This document shows, piece after piece, positions 10,981-20,948 of a stretch of 64,000 nucleotides of DNA. Position 1 is the stretch's first letter. Every line of letters starts with the position of its first letter. A model generated the notes under the pieces. It searched no databases and was not told the DNA's origin. It was given only the letters and a program-made list of their open reading frames with translations. The position numbers were made by a program, and so were the translations under genes. This stretch comes from a virus (Duplodnaviria; Caudoviricetes), in the IMG/VR virus record IMGVR_UViG_3300043443_000360, positions 1 through 64,000 of that record, one strand, 5' to 3'.

Positions 10981-12147
10981 ATGAATAATTTTTTTACAAT
11001 TGATACTTTTCCTGAGTATATAGAATTAAAAAACAAACAAGGTAAGGTTGCTGGAGAAGATTTTACCCCACAAGTTTTTAAAAATCTTTTATCTTTTGAA
11101 GAATGGTCATATATCAAAAAAGAATTTGACGAAATGCCAGATAGCGAAATAGATGTTCAAGGGTATTCTGGATTAGGAACTTTAAATTTTAGTATGTTAA
11201 ATCGTGAAGAAACAATTGCTAAATTTGAAAAAATAGCAAGTGAGGCAGTTGGAGAAGAACTAGAAGTTTTAGATGCTGGTGGCACAAGATACAGCACTGA
11301 GTACGGATGGTATCCAAAACTCGCACCCCACTATGATGCAAGACCTACAGAGATATATATATTTGATTATCATGTGCAGTCTGATGAAGACTGGGGAGTT
11401 GTAGTTGAAGGTAAAACTTTTAATTTTTATGAAAATGAAGCATTGCTTTTTAGTGGCACTGGACAAGTTCATTGGCGAGAACAACTTAAATTAAAAGATA
11501 ATTCAAGAACAGATCTTATATTTTTTTGGATGCAGCATAAAAAGCCAAAATTAATTTCTAAACAACATTCAGATATTATGAAAGAAAGAACAAAGTTAAT
11601 TGTTGAGCATATTGAACCAATGCCAGGTTTAACCAAAGAAGATTGGTATAAACCAATTCAAATTTCAGATGCATCAGATAGATTTCCAGATTTCTTTAAA
11701 ATAAGTATTAACACTGGCAATCCTTTAAAACACAATACAGTGTATAGATCATGCCTACATCAAGACGCTATTGATAATTTTTATAACAATAAAACAATAT
11801 CAAAAGATTTAATTAATGATATTACAAGTTTAATGAAAAATATTTATACAGAACATAACATTGCTTTTATTGAAACAGAGTATATTAGTTATACAACAAA
11901 AAATAATAGGTATCAAAAAGAAAAATATAAAGATAATGATATAGTGAGTTTGGCCATAGTAATAAAATCAGATAATGAGTTAAATTTTATAATTGATGAA
12001 AAGGAATATAATGTTTCTTTGCAAAGCGGAATCGTTTTTTCTCCAACTAACCAAATTGTAGATATAAAGTTTGATTTATTTTTAGAAAATAATTCTATAG
12101 ATTTGCTATTTTTTAATTTTATTTTGGAGAAAGGTCAGAATGACTGA
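10981..12147 (+). CDS. 2OG-Fe(II) oxygenase-like protein with a degenerate second DSBH domain
   Basis: LAPHYD...FSGTGQVHWRE; C-terminal half repeats the fold without metal ligands. Confidence 0.7.
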   Translation: MNNFFTIDTFPEYIELKNKQGKVAGEDFTPQVFKNLLSFEEWSYIKKEFDEMPDSEIDVQGYSGLGTLNFSMLNREETIAKFEKIASEAVGEELEVLDAGGTRYSTEYGWYPKLAPHYDARPTEIYIFDYHVQSDEDWGVVVEGKTFNFYENEALLFSGTGQVHWREQLKLKDNSRTDLIFFWMQHKKPKLISKQHSDIMKERTKLIVEHIEPMPGLTKEDWYKPIQISDASDRFPDFFKISINTGNPLKHNTVYRSCLHQDAIDNFYNNKTISKDLINDITSLMKNIYTEHNIAFIETEYISYTTKNNRYQKEKYKDNDIVSLAIVIKSDNELNFIIDEKEYNVSLQSGIVFSPTNQIVDIKFDLFLENNSIDLLFFNFILEKGQND

Positions 12148-12424
12148 AAAAAATGAAAGTAAAAGAATTGGTGCTAAGCAACATAAAAATTCTGGCAGAA
12201 ATACACACAAGGGCGATGCCACTTGGAAAAATTTTACCGTAGACTTTAAAGAGTGTGGGAAGTCTTTTGCTTTAAATAAAGATGTTTGGGCAAAAGCAGT
12301 TACAGACGCAATTAGAAATGGAAATGATCCAATGATCTTGCTTGTACTTGGTGAGGGTAACTCCAAGATTAGGCTTGCGATTACAGAGTTTGAAATTCTA
12401 GAACAATTTTACGATGGTGTATAA
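12140..12424 (+). CDS. Holliday-junction-resolvase-like PD-(D/E)XK nuclease
   Basis: NSGR...KGDA...VDFKE. Confidence 0.7.
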   Translation: MTEKNESKRIGAKQHKNSGRNTHKGDATWKNFTVDFKECGKSFALNKDVWAKAVTDAIRNGNDPMILLVLGEGNSKIRLAITEFEILEQFYDGV

Positions 12425-12431
12425 TTATATT

Positions 12432-13079
12432 ATGAATTATATAGATGAGTATAATAATAAAAAAAATAGTCAGCCATTTATTAGCAACCAGGATTTTGTT
12501 GTAAAAAAGGCTTTTAATATTTTTACACAAGACCAGATTGACAAAATCTATGCTGCTGTCAATTCTACTAAAATGGAGGATACCCATCTTCAGGAATGGG
12601 CAGGGCATAGAGCATGGCACATTAAGTTTTCAAGAGACATAGAAGAAACAATAACTAAAGCAGCACAAGCCATCCTTGGTAATAGCATCAGGCTTGATGG
12701 AGATTATTCTTTTGCAAGGTATACTCCAGAGTATGGTTTTAATTGTAAACTATTTCCACATTATGATACACGGGATCAACAAAGAATTACCTTTGACATA
12801 CAATTAAATGCAGATGAGCCTTGGGGAATTATTGTAGAAAATGAAATGTATCATTTAAACAATAATGAAGCATTAATCTTTGCTGGAACTCAACAAATTC
12901 ATTGGCGTGAAAACAAAAAACTACGGCCTAATACAAAGATCGATATGATTTTTTGCCACCTGCAGTATATTGATGGCAAGGAACTTGATCCTGGACAAAA
13001 GGAAATACTTGAGGAAAGGTCTAAGTTTTTGATGGACAATACTGGTATAAATAGTGGAATTGAGCGCTATAGTGTATAA
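12432..13079 (+). CDS. 2OG-Fe(II) oxygenase-like protein
   Basis: LFPHYD...FAGTQQIHWRE; leaderless start 6 nt after TATAAT. Confidence 0.75.
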   Translation: MNYIDEYNNKKNSQPFISNQDFVVKKAFNIFTQDQIDKIYAAVNSTKMEDTHLQEWAGHRAWHIKFSRDIEETITKAAQAILGNSIRLDGDYSFARYTPEYGFNCKLFPHYDTRDQQRITFDIQLNADEPWGIIVENEMYHLNNNEALIFAGTQQIHWRENKKLRPNTKIDMIFCHLQYIDGKELDPGQKEILEERSKFLMDNTGINSGIERYSV

Positions 13080-13097
13080 TAATATAAAGGAGTGGTT

Positions 13098-13715
13098 ATG
13101 AAAATAGATGAAAAAAATATTATAGTTGAAGATGTATTTACTCAAGATGAAATCAATTCAATCTATAAAAGTGTGCAAAACAATAGTGGTGGAGCCTTTA
13201 TCAAGGTTTTTTCACAAGCAAACACTTACATTGAACTAGAGCAGCATATTATTGACAAGGTAACAAAAAAGGCGCAAGAAATATCTGGAAATAATAATCT
13301 TGTATTAACTGAATATTGTCATGCCCGATATGCTAATGTTACAAGCAATTGTGGAAAGTATCATTACAAGCCAGCACTTTTTCCACATCATGATGAAACA
13401 TTTAAAGAGCCAAGATTTACTTTTGACTATCAGATTAATGGAAATGTAGAATGGCCAATTGTGGTTGAGCCAGACAAAAAGTTTTCGTTAAAAAATAATC
13501 AAGCAGTAACTTTTTCTGGTACTCATCAAATTCACTGGAGAGAGCCACAAAATTTTGAAGATGATCAATATGTAGAAATGGTATTTTTTCATTTTACAGA
13601 TCCAAACGCAGAACCTAAAGATCAGGAAACAGCAGCATTAATTACAGCAAAGGCAAAGAAGTACAGCACAGAATTTTTTGAGAATGGTGGATTTGTTAAT
13701 GACGCTTCAGACTAA
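13098..13715 (+). CDS. 2OG-Fe(II) oxygenase-like protein
   Basis: LFPHHD...FSGTHQIHWRE; SD AAGGAG. Confidence 0.75.
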   Translation: MKIDEKNIIVEDVFTQDEINSIYKSVQNNSGGAFIKVFSQANTYIELEQHIIDKVTKKAQEISGNNNLVLTEYCHARYANVTSNCGKYHYKPALFPHHDETFKEPRFTFDYQINGNVEWPIVVEPDKKFSLKNNQAVTFSGTHQIHWREPQNFEDDQYVEMVFFHFTDPNAEPKDQETAALITAKAKKYSTEFFENGGFVNDASD

Positions 13716-14454
13716 TGTTGCACCAATGCATAAATTTTTAACATCTATGGAAAAATATAAAAAAGATGTTCCATTTTACATAGACAATCTTTATTCCGAA
13801 GAAGATATGAAAGAGTTGCGCTCTATTTGGGAAGAGGGAAGAAAACTAAAACCAATACTTTATGGTCCAAATGAAAAACACGAACAAGACGAACCTGATA
13901 ATATGACTAGGTTTAGACCAAAGTATATTAAAAATATGTCAAGGTTGCTACTTGAGTTTGAAATGCCAAAAAGCATTGAACAAAAATTAGATCTTATTGC
14001 CAAGCCAGTATACGATGGCGATATTGCTATGTGTCATTACAACTATATTGAATATAATCTAAAGTTTGGAGACGGAAACGATCCAATTTTGCCACCACAT
14101 TTAGACGGAGATGAAAATCTTGTAACACTTAATACTAACGTTGGTGGAAATATTGATTGGGATATTTATGTTGATGGTACAAGATATGAACTTCCAGTAG
14201 GAAAGACAATTGTTTTTTCTGCAATCAATCAGGTACATTGGAGACCAAAAAGAAAATTTAAAGAGGGAGAATATTTAGAAATTCTTAGTGTTGATTATTG
14301 TCCAGTAACTAATTACCGCTTTACTGGACAGATTAACCCTATCGATTCGTTTATATTTCCTGAAGCAAGACGTAAGCATACAGAAGAAGTACAACAACAT
14401 CCACGATCAATTGCTGCATGGAATCAATATAACAATGATCAACCAAATATTTAA
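13699..14454 (+). CDS. 2OG-Fe(II) oxygenase-like protein
   Basis: LPPHLD...NQVHWRP. Confidence 0.75.
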   Translation: MTLQTNVAPMHKFLTSMEKYKKDVPFYIDNLYSEEDMKELRSIWEEGRKLKPILYGPNEKHEQDEPDNMTRFRPKYIKNMSRLLLEFEMPKSIEQKLDLIAKPVYDGDIAMCHYNYIEYNLKFGDGNDPILPPHLDGDENLVTLNTNVGGNIDWDIYVDGTRYELPVGKTIVFSAINQVHWRPKRKFKEGEYLEILSVDYCPVTNYRFTGQINPIDSFIFPEARRKHTEEVQQHPRSIAAWNQYNNDQPNI

Positions 14455-14956
14455 AGATTTCTACACCAAAGAAGAATATGATCAACTAGCCAATTATGTT
14501 GAAAGCGTTGCTCATAGGTCATATAACTATGGCCGTGAAGTAGAACTTGGAAGATACTACGGTGTCATTAAAGATAACTGGGACACCTCTGCATGCATTG
14601 GATCATTTCCAGATAACCTATTGCTTAAGGTAAAAAATTTTGCAGAAGAACATTTTAATATTAAAGAACTAAAAATATTTGATATTATTATTATAAGATA
14701 TTGCACTGATCATGGGTTTGTTCCAAAACTAAATTTACACAAAGACGGGGGAGCCATAACAAAGTATACCGTCGATTACCAATACAGTTCTAACATTAAG
14801 TGGCCAGTGGTAGTAGATGATCAAGAGTTCCTTTTGAATGATAATGATGCACTGACCTTTATTGGGACGAAGCAGTTGCATGGAAGGCATGATAGAATAT
14901 TTAGTAATGAAGACTATGTAGAAAATATATTTTTTCAGTTTATAGAAAAGAGATAA
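14435..14956 (+). CDS. 2OG-Fe(II) oxygenase-like protein
   Basis: LNLHKD...FIGTKQLHGR. Confidence 0.7.
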   Translation: MINQIFKDFYTKEEYDQLANYVESVAHRSYNYGREVELGRYYGVIKDNWDTSACIGSFPDNLLLKVKNFAEEHFNIKELKIFDIIIIRYCTDHGFVPKLNLHKDGGAITKYTVDYQYSSNIKWPVVVDDQEFLLNDNDALTFIGTKQLHGRHDRIFSNEDYVENIFFQFIEKR

Positions 14957-14957
14957 A

Positions 14958-15260
14958 ATGAGTAATGAAACAACAATAGACATGGTAAATGGATTAGCAG
15001 AAATTGCCGATTACATGCAGGACGAAGAACTAACACAGGCGTTGACCTTTATAGCAAAGGTAATCATTAAGCCTGACATACCAACACAGGTAGCAACGAT
15101 TGAGATAGTAAGACTACAGGCAATCGCAGCAAAGATGTCATTTAAAGCAACATGGATGGCCAATGTAGACAAGTCTGATCGTGGAAAGAAGAACCTATAT
15201 TATACTGCTGCAGAATCAATTAACAATCTTGTGTCAGCACTTAAATACATAACACGATGA
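14958..15260 (+). CDS. Conserved hypothetical helical protein
   Basis: Clean ORF within the core recombination block. Confidence 0.65.
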   Translation: MSNETTIDMVNGLAEIADYMQDEELTQALTFIAKVIIKPDIPTQVATIEIVRLQAIAAKMSFKATWMANVDKSDRGKKNLYYTAAESINNLVSALKYITR

Positions 15261-15297
15261 TATCTGATATACTTATAGGAACAGAAACGAGTTTAAA

Positions 15298-16104
15298 ATG
15301 ACAAAAAGTTTATTGCAGCAGGTAATGTTAAAGGGTGATAACCGCAAAAAGGTAGAGGTTCACCCTATCGATCCACAGGGTCTTATTAAGGCTATCGAAA
15401 ACGGATATGTTGCTCCAAGGGGCACTAAGTTTCAGACAAAGAAAACGTTTGCACCAAGTACAATCGCATACTCTCATGGAGAATGTCCAAGATATTGGTA
15501 TATTGCTTTTGATGGAGCAGACTTTGAAGATAACTCAGATGCATATGGTGTAGCCAACATGACATCAGGAACGCTTTCTCATGGAAGAATTCAGAAGGCC
15601 ATGAAAGATGCTGGCATCTTAATAGAGGATGAGTTTAAGATTACTTATCCAGATCCACCAATTTTTGGATATGGTGATGTGATGATTAATTGGCAAGGAG
15701 AACCACTCCTTGGAGAAATTAAAACAATGATGAATGAAGCATTTGAATACAGAAAGGCTGCTGGTAAGCCAAAGACTGGCCATCTTATTCAATTGTTAAT
15801 CTATATGAAGATTCTCAAGAAGAGAAATGCCGTGTTTATTTATGAAAATAAAAATAATCATGAGTTACTTATTCTTCCTGTAGAAATAAATGATTATTAT
15901 GTTCGGTGGGTAGACCAAGCATTTGATTGGATGAGAGACGTTCGTAAGGCATGGGTTGATAGAACTCTGCCCAAAAAACACTATAGATCCAATTCCAAAA
16001 TATGTAAAACCTGTCCTGTACAAAAGGCATGTGCATCTGCTGGCGAAGGAACTATAAAACTTAATCCTCTGGAGCCACTAGATGAAAAATTGTCAATGGT
16101 GTGA
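15298..16104 (+). CDS. Cas4-like PD-(D/E)XK exonuclease
   Basis: CPR, GTLSH, GYGD...GEIKT, QLLIY, CxxC...C Fe-S cysteines. Confidence 0.85.
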   Translation: MTKSLLQQVMLKGDNRKKVEVHPIDPQGLIKAIENGYVAPRGTKFQTKKTFAPSTIAYSHGECPRYWYIAFDGADFEDNSDAYGVANMTSGTLSHGRIQKAMKDAGILIEDEFKITYPDPPIFGYGDVMINWQGEPLLGEIKTMMNEAFEYRKAAGKPKTGHLIQLLIYMKILKKRNAVFIYENKNNHELLILPVEINDYYVRWVDQAFDWMRDVRKAWVDRTLPKKHYRSNSKICKTCPVQKACASAGEGTIKLNPLEPLDEKLSMV

Positions 16105-16366
16105 TCATACCTTTGAATCTAACGTAAGTTATCAGATCTATTGCTCTTCTGAATGCAGAGAGGCAGCAACTAAAGAAAAAATTGCAGCCAGGTATGTTGT
16201 AACCAGAAGACAAAAAAGATTAGGAAAAGTTCGTAAATGCAAAAACTGCAACAAGGATTTATCAATATATAATGATGAAGTTCTTTGTTATGATTGCAAT
16301 GTTAATCCAAAAGATGTTTTAAAAGCACTTAAGCAAATTAAGGGGTTTACAAATGGTAAAAAATAA
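16082..16366 (+). CDS. Zinc-finger protein
   Basis: Four Cys pairs. Confidence 0.65.
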   Translation: MKNCQWCDHTFESNVSYQIYCSSECREAATKEKIAARYVVTRRQKRLGKVRKCKNCNKDLSIYNDEVLCYDCNVNPKDVLKALKQIKGFTNGKK

Positions 16367-16961
16367 ATGGGGGTTAGAACTTCCACCTAAAACCATATGT
16401 GCTATAGATGCTAGTACGACCAGCCTTGCATTTGCATTATTTACAACAGACGAAGGTAAATTTGGGCAGACTCTTGGAACTGTTGGCAAGATAAAGTTTG
16501 ATGGCAAAGATATCTACGAAAAGGTCATAGATGCAGGGAAAAAGGTTAAAGCATTTTTAGATTACTATGGTGGGTTTGAGGCCATTGTTATTGAGCATAC
16601 AGTCTTTATGAATAGCCCTAAAACTGCTGCAGACCTTGCTTTGATTCAGGGTGCAATTCTAGGCGCAGCAGGCCAAGCGGGTACTAAGGTAATAGGAAAA
16701 GTATCTCCTATTACATGGCAAAACTATATAGGTAATAAAAAAATATCTAAAGATGAGCAGTTATTTATTAGATCTCAGAATCCAGGAAAATCTGTTTCTT
16801 GGTACAAAACCTATGAAAGAAATCTAAGAAAAGAACGAACCATTAGATATATTAATACTATTTATGATAGAAAAATTAATGATAATGATGTGGCAGATGC
16901 TTGTGGTATTGGGCATTGGGCACTGTCTAACTGGGGTAAAGCAATAGGAGTTGACAAATAA
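16353..16961 (+). CDS. ruvC: RuvC-like Holliday junction resolvase
   Basis: AIDAS, IVIE, DNDVADACGI. Confidence 0.85.
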   Translation: MVKNKWGLELPPKTICAIDASTTSLAFALFTTDEGKFGQTLGTVGKIKFDGKDIYEKVIDAGKKVKAFLDYYGGFEAIVIEHTVFMNSPKTAADLALIQGAILGAAGQAGTKVIGKVSPITWQNYIGNKKISKDEQLFIRSQNPGKSVSWYKTYERNLRKERTIRYINTIYDRKINDNDVADACGIGHWALSNWGKAIGVDK

Positions 16962-16965
16962 GGTT

Positions 16966-17121
16966 ATGGCTGCTAAACTATATACATCAGAGGCTTTTAT
17001 GCGTAAGCGCTATCTTATGGATAAGAAGACTCCAGAGGAGATTGCAAAGGAGTGTGGATGCACAGTGGAAACTGTATATGTATACCTTGCTAAATTTGGA
17101 CTAAGGAAGTCAAAAAGATGA
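16966..17121 (+). CDS. Small HTH protein (not in ORF track)
   Basis: MAAKLY...KTPEEIAKECGCTVETVYVYLAKFGL, 51 aa. Confidence 0.7.
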   Translation: MAAKLYTSEAFMRKRYLMDKKTPEEIAKECGCTVETVYVYLAKFGLRKSKR

Positions 17122-17240
17122 AGAACGTTAAAAGGGTTGTGTTATTAGTTACAGTGCTAGGCACACTTATCACTACTGCATTTATGTTAATGATGAAGAA
17201 TATGCCAAACGTTTTTGATTGGGATTTAGACGATGAGTAA
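17118..17240 (+). CDS. Small membrane protein (not in ORF track)
   Basis: 40 aa, one hydrophobic helix, ATGA overlap. Confidence 0.45.
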   Translation: MKNVKRVVLLVTVLGTLITTAFMLMMKNMPNVFDWDLDDE

Positions 17241-17475
17241 TAATTTACAGATTACAGTAGACCAAGTAAACCATCCTTTACATTACACCTCCGATCCTTC
17301 TGGTGTAGAGTGTATTCAGATCACTCGTCACAGAAACTTTAACATAGGTAATGCATTCAAGTATTTATGGAGAGCAGGACTTAAAGATGAAGAGAAAACT
17401 ATTCAAGATCTTGAAAAGGCAATCTTCTATATTAAAGATGAAATCAATCGTTTAGAAGGAAAATATGTCAACTGA
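17233..17475 (+). CDS. DUF3310 / SaV-like protein
   Basis: VNHPLHY...GNAFKYLWRAGLK...DLEKAIFY. Confidence 0.85.
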   Translation: MSNNLQITVDQVNHPLHYTSDPSGVECIQITRHRNFNIGNAFKYLWRAGLKDEEKTIQDLEKAIFYIKDEINRLEGKYVN

Positions 17476-17998
17476 AGAAGAACTAGTCAAGCATCTAGAT
17501 CAAGTAAACCTAGTAGTTGAGGAATACCTTAAGGGTAATGATCCAACAGTAATCTCTAAGCAGTTATCTATTCCAAGACAAAGAGTTGTAGCATTAATCA
17601 ATGAGTGGAAGGTTATGGCTTCTGCTAATGATGCTATTCGTGCTCGTGCAAAAGAGGCACTCGCAGCAGCAGATACACACTACAGCAAACTTATTGCAAA
17701 ATCTTATGAAGTTATAGATGAAGCATCTATGACAAATAACTTAGGTGCAAAAACACAAGCAATTAAACTAGTTATGGACATTGAGTCTAAAAGAATTGAC
17801 ATGTTGCAAAAGGCTGGCTTACTTGAAAATAAAGAGTTAGCAGAAGAGATGATGCAGATTGAAAAAAGACAAGAAGTTTTAATGGTTATTTTAAAAGATA
17901 TTGCTTCTCAGTATCCAGAAGTACGTGATGAAATTATGAGAAGACTATCTTCAATTGCAAAAGAAGATGAGACGGTTACAATAGTTCATGGCGTATGA
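17465..17998 (+). CDS. Probable terminase small subunit
   Basis: N-terminal HTH plus coiled coil, overlapping terL start. Confidence 0.6.
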   Translation: MSTEEELVKHLDQVNLVVEEYLKGNDPTVISKQLSIPRQRVVALINEWKVMASANDAIRARAKEALAAADTHYSKLIAKSYEVIDEASMTNNLGAKTQAIKLVMDIESKRIDMLQKAGLLENKELAEEMMQIEKRQEVLMVILKDIASQYPEVRDEIMRRLSSIAKEDETVTIVHGV

Positions 17999-19760
17999 TG
18001 ATTTTTTAGAAGCACTCAAGGATAACCCATTTGAAGAAATGCCTGTGGATGCACGAACCTTTGTTGAAGGCGAAGATTTTCTTGGACAACCAAAACTATC
18101 TGAAATACAATATGACATTATTGAGGCAATGAGTCAGATATATAGAAAAGAAGAACTGCAAGAAATCTTTGGAACAGAAGATGGTGCAAAATATTTTAAT
18201 AAGTATACAAAAAATGAAATCATTCTTCAACTTGGCAAGGGTAGTGGTAAGGACTTTACATCCACAGTGGCATGTGCCTATATTGTCTATAAGTTGTTAT
18301 GTTTAAAAGACCCTGCAAGATATTTTGGTAAACCATCTGGAGATGCTATAGACCTAATCAATGTTGCTATTAACGCCCAACAAGCAAAGAATGTTTTCTT
18401 TAAAGGCTTCAAAACAAAAATTGAAAAATCTCCATGGTTTGCTGGTAAGTATAATCCAAAAGCGGACTCCATTGAGTTTGATAAGGGGATTACAGTTTAT
18501 TCTGGTCACTCAGAGCGTGAATCACACGAGGGTTTAAACCTTTTACTTGCAGTGCTTGATGAAATTTCTGGTTTTGCTACAGAAATTGGAACAGGAAATG
18601 ATCAAGGAAAAACTGCTGATAATATCTATAAGGCCTTCCGTGCTTCTGTAGATTCTCGATTTCCTGATTTAGGTAAAGTTGTTTTACTTTCATTCCCTCG
18701 TTTTCAGGGTGACTTTATTTCTCAGCGGTATGATGATGTAGTTATCGAAAAAGATACTATCGACAAAACACATACTTTTATTATTAACCCACTTCTACCA
18801 GAAGAAGATAAAGATAATCAACTAACAATTGAATGGACAGAAGATCATATTAAATCATATAAGTATCCAGGAGTGTTTGCATTAAAACGTCCTACATGGG
18901 ATGTGAATCCAACAAGAAAAATTGATGATTTTAAAATTGCTTTTTTAACTGATCTTGGTGATGCAATGCAGCGTTTTGCTTGTGTTCCAACTTATGCCTC
19001 CGATGCATTCTTTAAGCAAGTAGACAAAGTTCGATCATGTATGACTTTAAGAAATCCAATAGATAATTTTAGAAGATTTGATGAATCATTTAAGCCAGAT
19101 CCAGATAAAATTTATTATGTACACGCAGACCTTGCACAAAAGCATGACAAATGTGCTGTTGCAATTGCTCACGTAGATAAGTGGGTAAACATACAGGTAA
19201 TTAATAACTATGAACAGGTGGCTCCAATTGTTGTAGTAGATGCTGTAGCATGGTGGGAACCAAAAGTAGAAGGACCAGTAAATCTTTCTGAGGTAAAACA
19301 ATGGATACAAAATCTTCGTAGACTTGGTTTTAATATAGGACTTGTTTCGTTTGACCGCTGGCAATCCTTTGATATCCAGAATGAACTCAAGCAGGTTGGA
19401 ATGAGAACTGATACTGTTTCTGTTGCTAAGAAGCACTATGAGGATATGGCAATGCTAGTATACGAAGAAAGACTGGCTATGCCAGCAATCGAACTTCTGT
19501 TCGAAGAGTTAACAGAATTAAAAATTATGAAAAATGATAGAGTTGATCACCCACGAAAAAAGTCAAAAGACTTGGCTGACGCTGTGTGTGGGGCTATCTT
19601 TGGGGCAATATCACATACCCCAAAGGACCTTAATCAAGAAATTGAGGTACATACTTTCAGGGATAGACCAAAAGTTGACACCTATGAAGACAACGTGATA
19701 CAATATAAACCTATGCCAAAAGAGGTCAAAGACTATTTGGATAGATTTAATCTACTATAA
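17988..19760 (+). CDS. terL: Terminase large subunit
   Basis: GKGSGKD, VLDE, LLSFP, HADLA, FDRWQS, DHP...KDLADA. Confidence 0.93.
   Translation: MAYDDFLEALKDNPFEEMPVDARTFVEGEDFLGQPKLSEIQYDIIEAMSQIYRKEELQEIFGTEDGAKYFNKYTKNEIILQLGKGSGKDFTSTVACAYIVYKLLCLKDPARYFGKPSGDAIDLINVAINAQQAKNVFFKGFKTKIEKSPWFAGKYNPKADSIEFDKGITVYSGHSERESHEGLNLLLAVLDEISGFATEIGTGNDQGKTADNIYKAFRASVDSRFPDLGKVVLLSFPRFQGDFISQRYDDVVIEKDTIDKTHTFIINPLLPEEDKDNQLTIEWTEDHIKSYKYPGVFALKRPTWDVNPTRKIDDFKIAFLTDLGDAMQRFACVPTYASDAFFKQVDKVRSCMTLRNPIDNFRRFDESFKPDPDKIYYVHADLAQKHDKCAVAIAHVDKWVNIQVINNYEQVAPIVVVDAVAWWEPKVEGPVNLSEVKQWIQNLRRLGFNIGLVSFDRWQSFDIQNELKQVGMRTDTVSVAKKHYEDMAMLVYEERLAMPAIELLFEELTELKIMKNDRVDHPRKKSKDLADAVCGAIFGAISHTPKDLNQEIEVHTFRDRPKVDTYEDNVIQYKPMPKEVKDYLDRFNLL
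19675..19704 (+). promoter_or_regulatory. Sigma70-type promoter inside the terL 3' end, driving the 19778 gene
   Basis: TTGACA-18 nt-TACAAT with TG extension. Confidence 0.6.
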
Positions 19761-19777
19761 AGAAAAGGAAATACTTA

Positions 19778-20851
19778 ATGAATTCATTTAAGAAGATCGC
19801 CCTTGGTATGGTTGCAGCCATCACTTTGGGTACACTTGTTGCAACACCTGCAAGTGCTGCCACCACAACTCTAACAGTTGGTGGATCATCACCTGCAACT
19901 GCTGGTACAACAGCAGCAACTGCAATTGCACTTCCAGTTCCTGCAGATAACTCTGTAGATTCTGCGGATGCTCTTAAGATTGCACTAACTGGACTTGATA
20001 CAGGTACAGTTGTTTCTGCAGTCGCAACTAACGGAAAGATCGTAACTGCTCTTGCTACATCAGCAGCACCAGTTACAGCATCTGCTGGTTCATCATCAGC
20101 ATCAGTCAGCACTGGCACAGGTACCACTGCTGATTTTTATGTTTTCACAACAACTACAGCAGCAGGTTCTGTTGCAGTTACAATTGGTGGAAATGTAACA
20201 ACCTACTATTTTGCTGGTACTGCTGGCGCACTTAATACAATTGCCCTTGAAGGAGCAACATCAGGTGCTGCTGGTACAACATACACAGCAACAGTTCGTG
20301 GATATGACGTATTTGGAAATGCTAAGGGCGGAGCATCAATCAGCCTTCAGTATATTACACCATCTGCTTCAACAACATACTCACTAACAACTGATACAGT
20401 AACAGCAACTCTTGGATCAAAGACACAGGATGTAGCACTTCCAGCATCTGGATCAGTTACGCTTGTTGCTACAGCAACAGTTGCATCTGCAGTTACAGGT
20501 CTTGCAGCACCACTTGGTGTTATTGTTAAGACTGCTACAGTTCGTGATCTTGCTGCAGAACTAACTGCAAAGAATGCTGAACTTGCTACAGCGGTTGCAC
20601 AACTTGCTGCTGAAAAGGCTGCAGGAGCAAAGGCCCTCGCTGATGCAAAGGCACTTGCTGATGCAGAACTAGCAAAGTCTAAGGCAGAAACTGCTAAGGC
20701 TGTTGCAGATCTTGCAACTGCAAATGCTGCACTTGCTAAGGCTAATGCCGACAATGCTGCAGCACTTGCTGCGGTAAAGAAGGCATTTAATGCTCTTGCT
20801 GCAAAGTGGAACAAGGCTAATCCAAAGTCTAAGGTTGCCACACTTAAGTAA
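19778..20851 (+). CDS. Secreted Ala/Thr-rich surface-like protein with C-terminal coiled coil
   Basis: Signal peptide ending PASAA; Ig-like beta repeats; strongly biased codons. Confidence 0.75.
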   Translation: MNSFKKIALGMVAAITLGTLVATPASAATTTLTVGGSSPATAGTTAATAIALPVPADNSVDSADALKIALTGLDTGTVVSAVATNGKIVTALATSAAPVTASAGSSSASVSTGTGTTADFYVFTTTTAAGSVAVTIGGNVTTYYFAGTAGALNTIALEGATSGAAGTTYTATVRGYDVFGNAKGGASISLQYITPSASTTYSLTTDTVTATLGSKTQDVALPASGSVTLVATATVASAVTGLAAPLGVIVKTATVRDLAAELTAKNAELATAVAQLAAEKAAGAKALADAKALADAELAKSKAETAKAVADLATANAALAKANADNAAALAAVKKAFNALAAKWNKANPKSKVATLK

Positions 20852-20867
20852 TTAATACTTAAAGGTT

Positions 20868-20899
20868 GGGGAGTCAGGAAACTGGCTCCCTTTCTTTTT
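20868..20899 (+). terminator. Intrinsic terminator
   Basis: GGGAGTCAG-GAAA-CTGGCTCCC followed by TTTCTTTTT. Confidence 0.85.
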
Positions 20900-20948
20900 A
20901 TAATAAACTGATATAATAACCTTATTAGACATTAGTCTAATCTAAGGG

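Noticed and set aside
15298-16104. Cas4-like gene as evidence of a CRISPR-Cas system
   Set aside because: Solo Cas4-like nucleases are common in phage recombination modules; no array or other cas gene is present.
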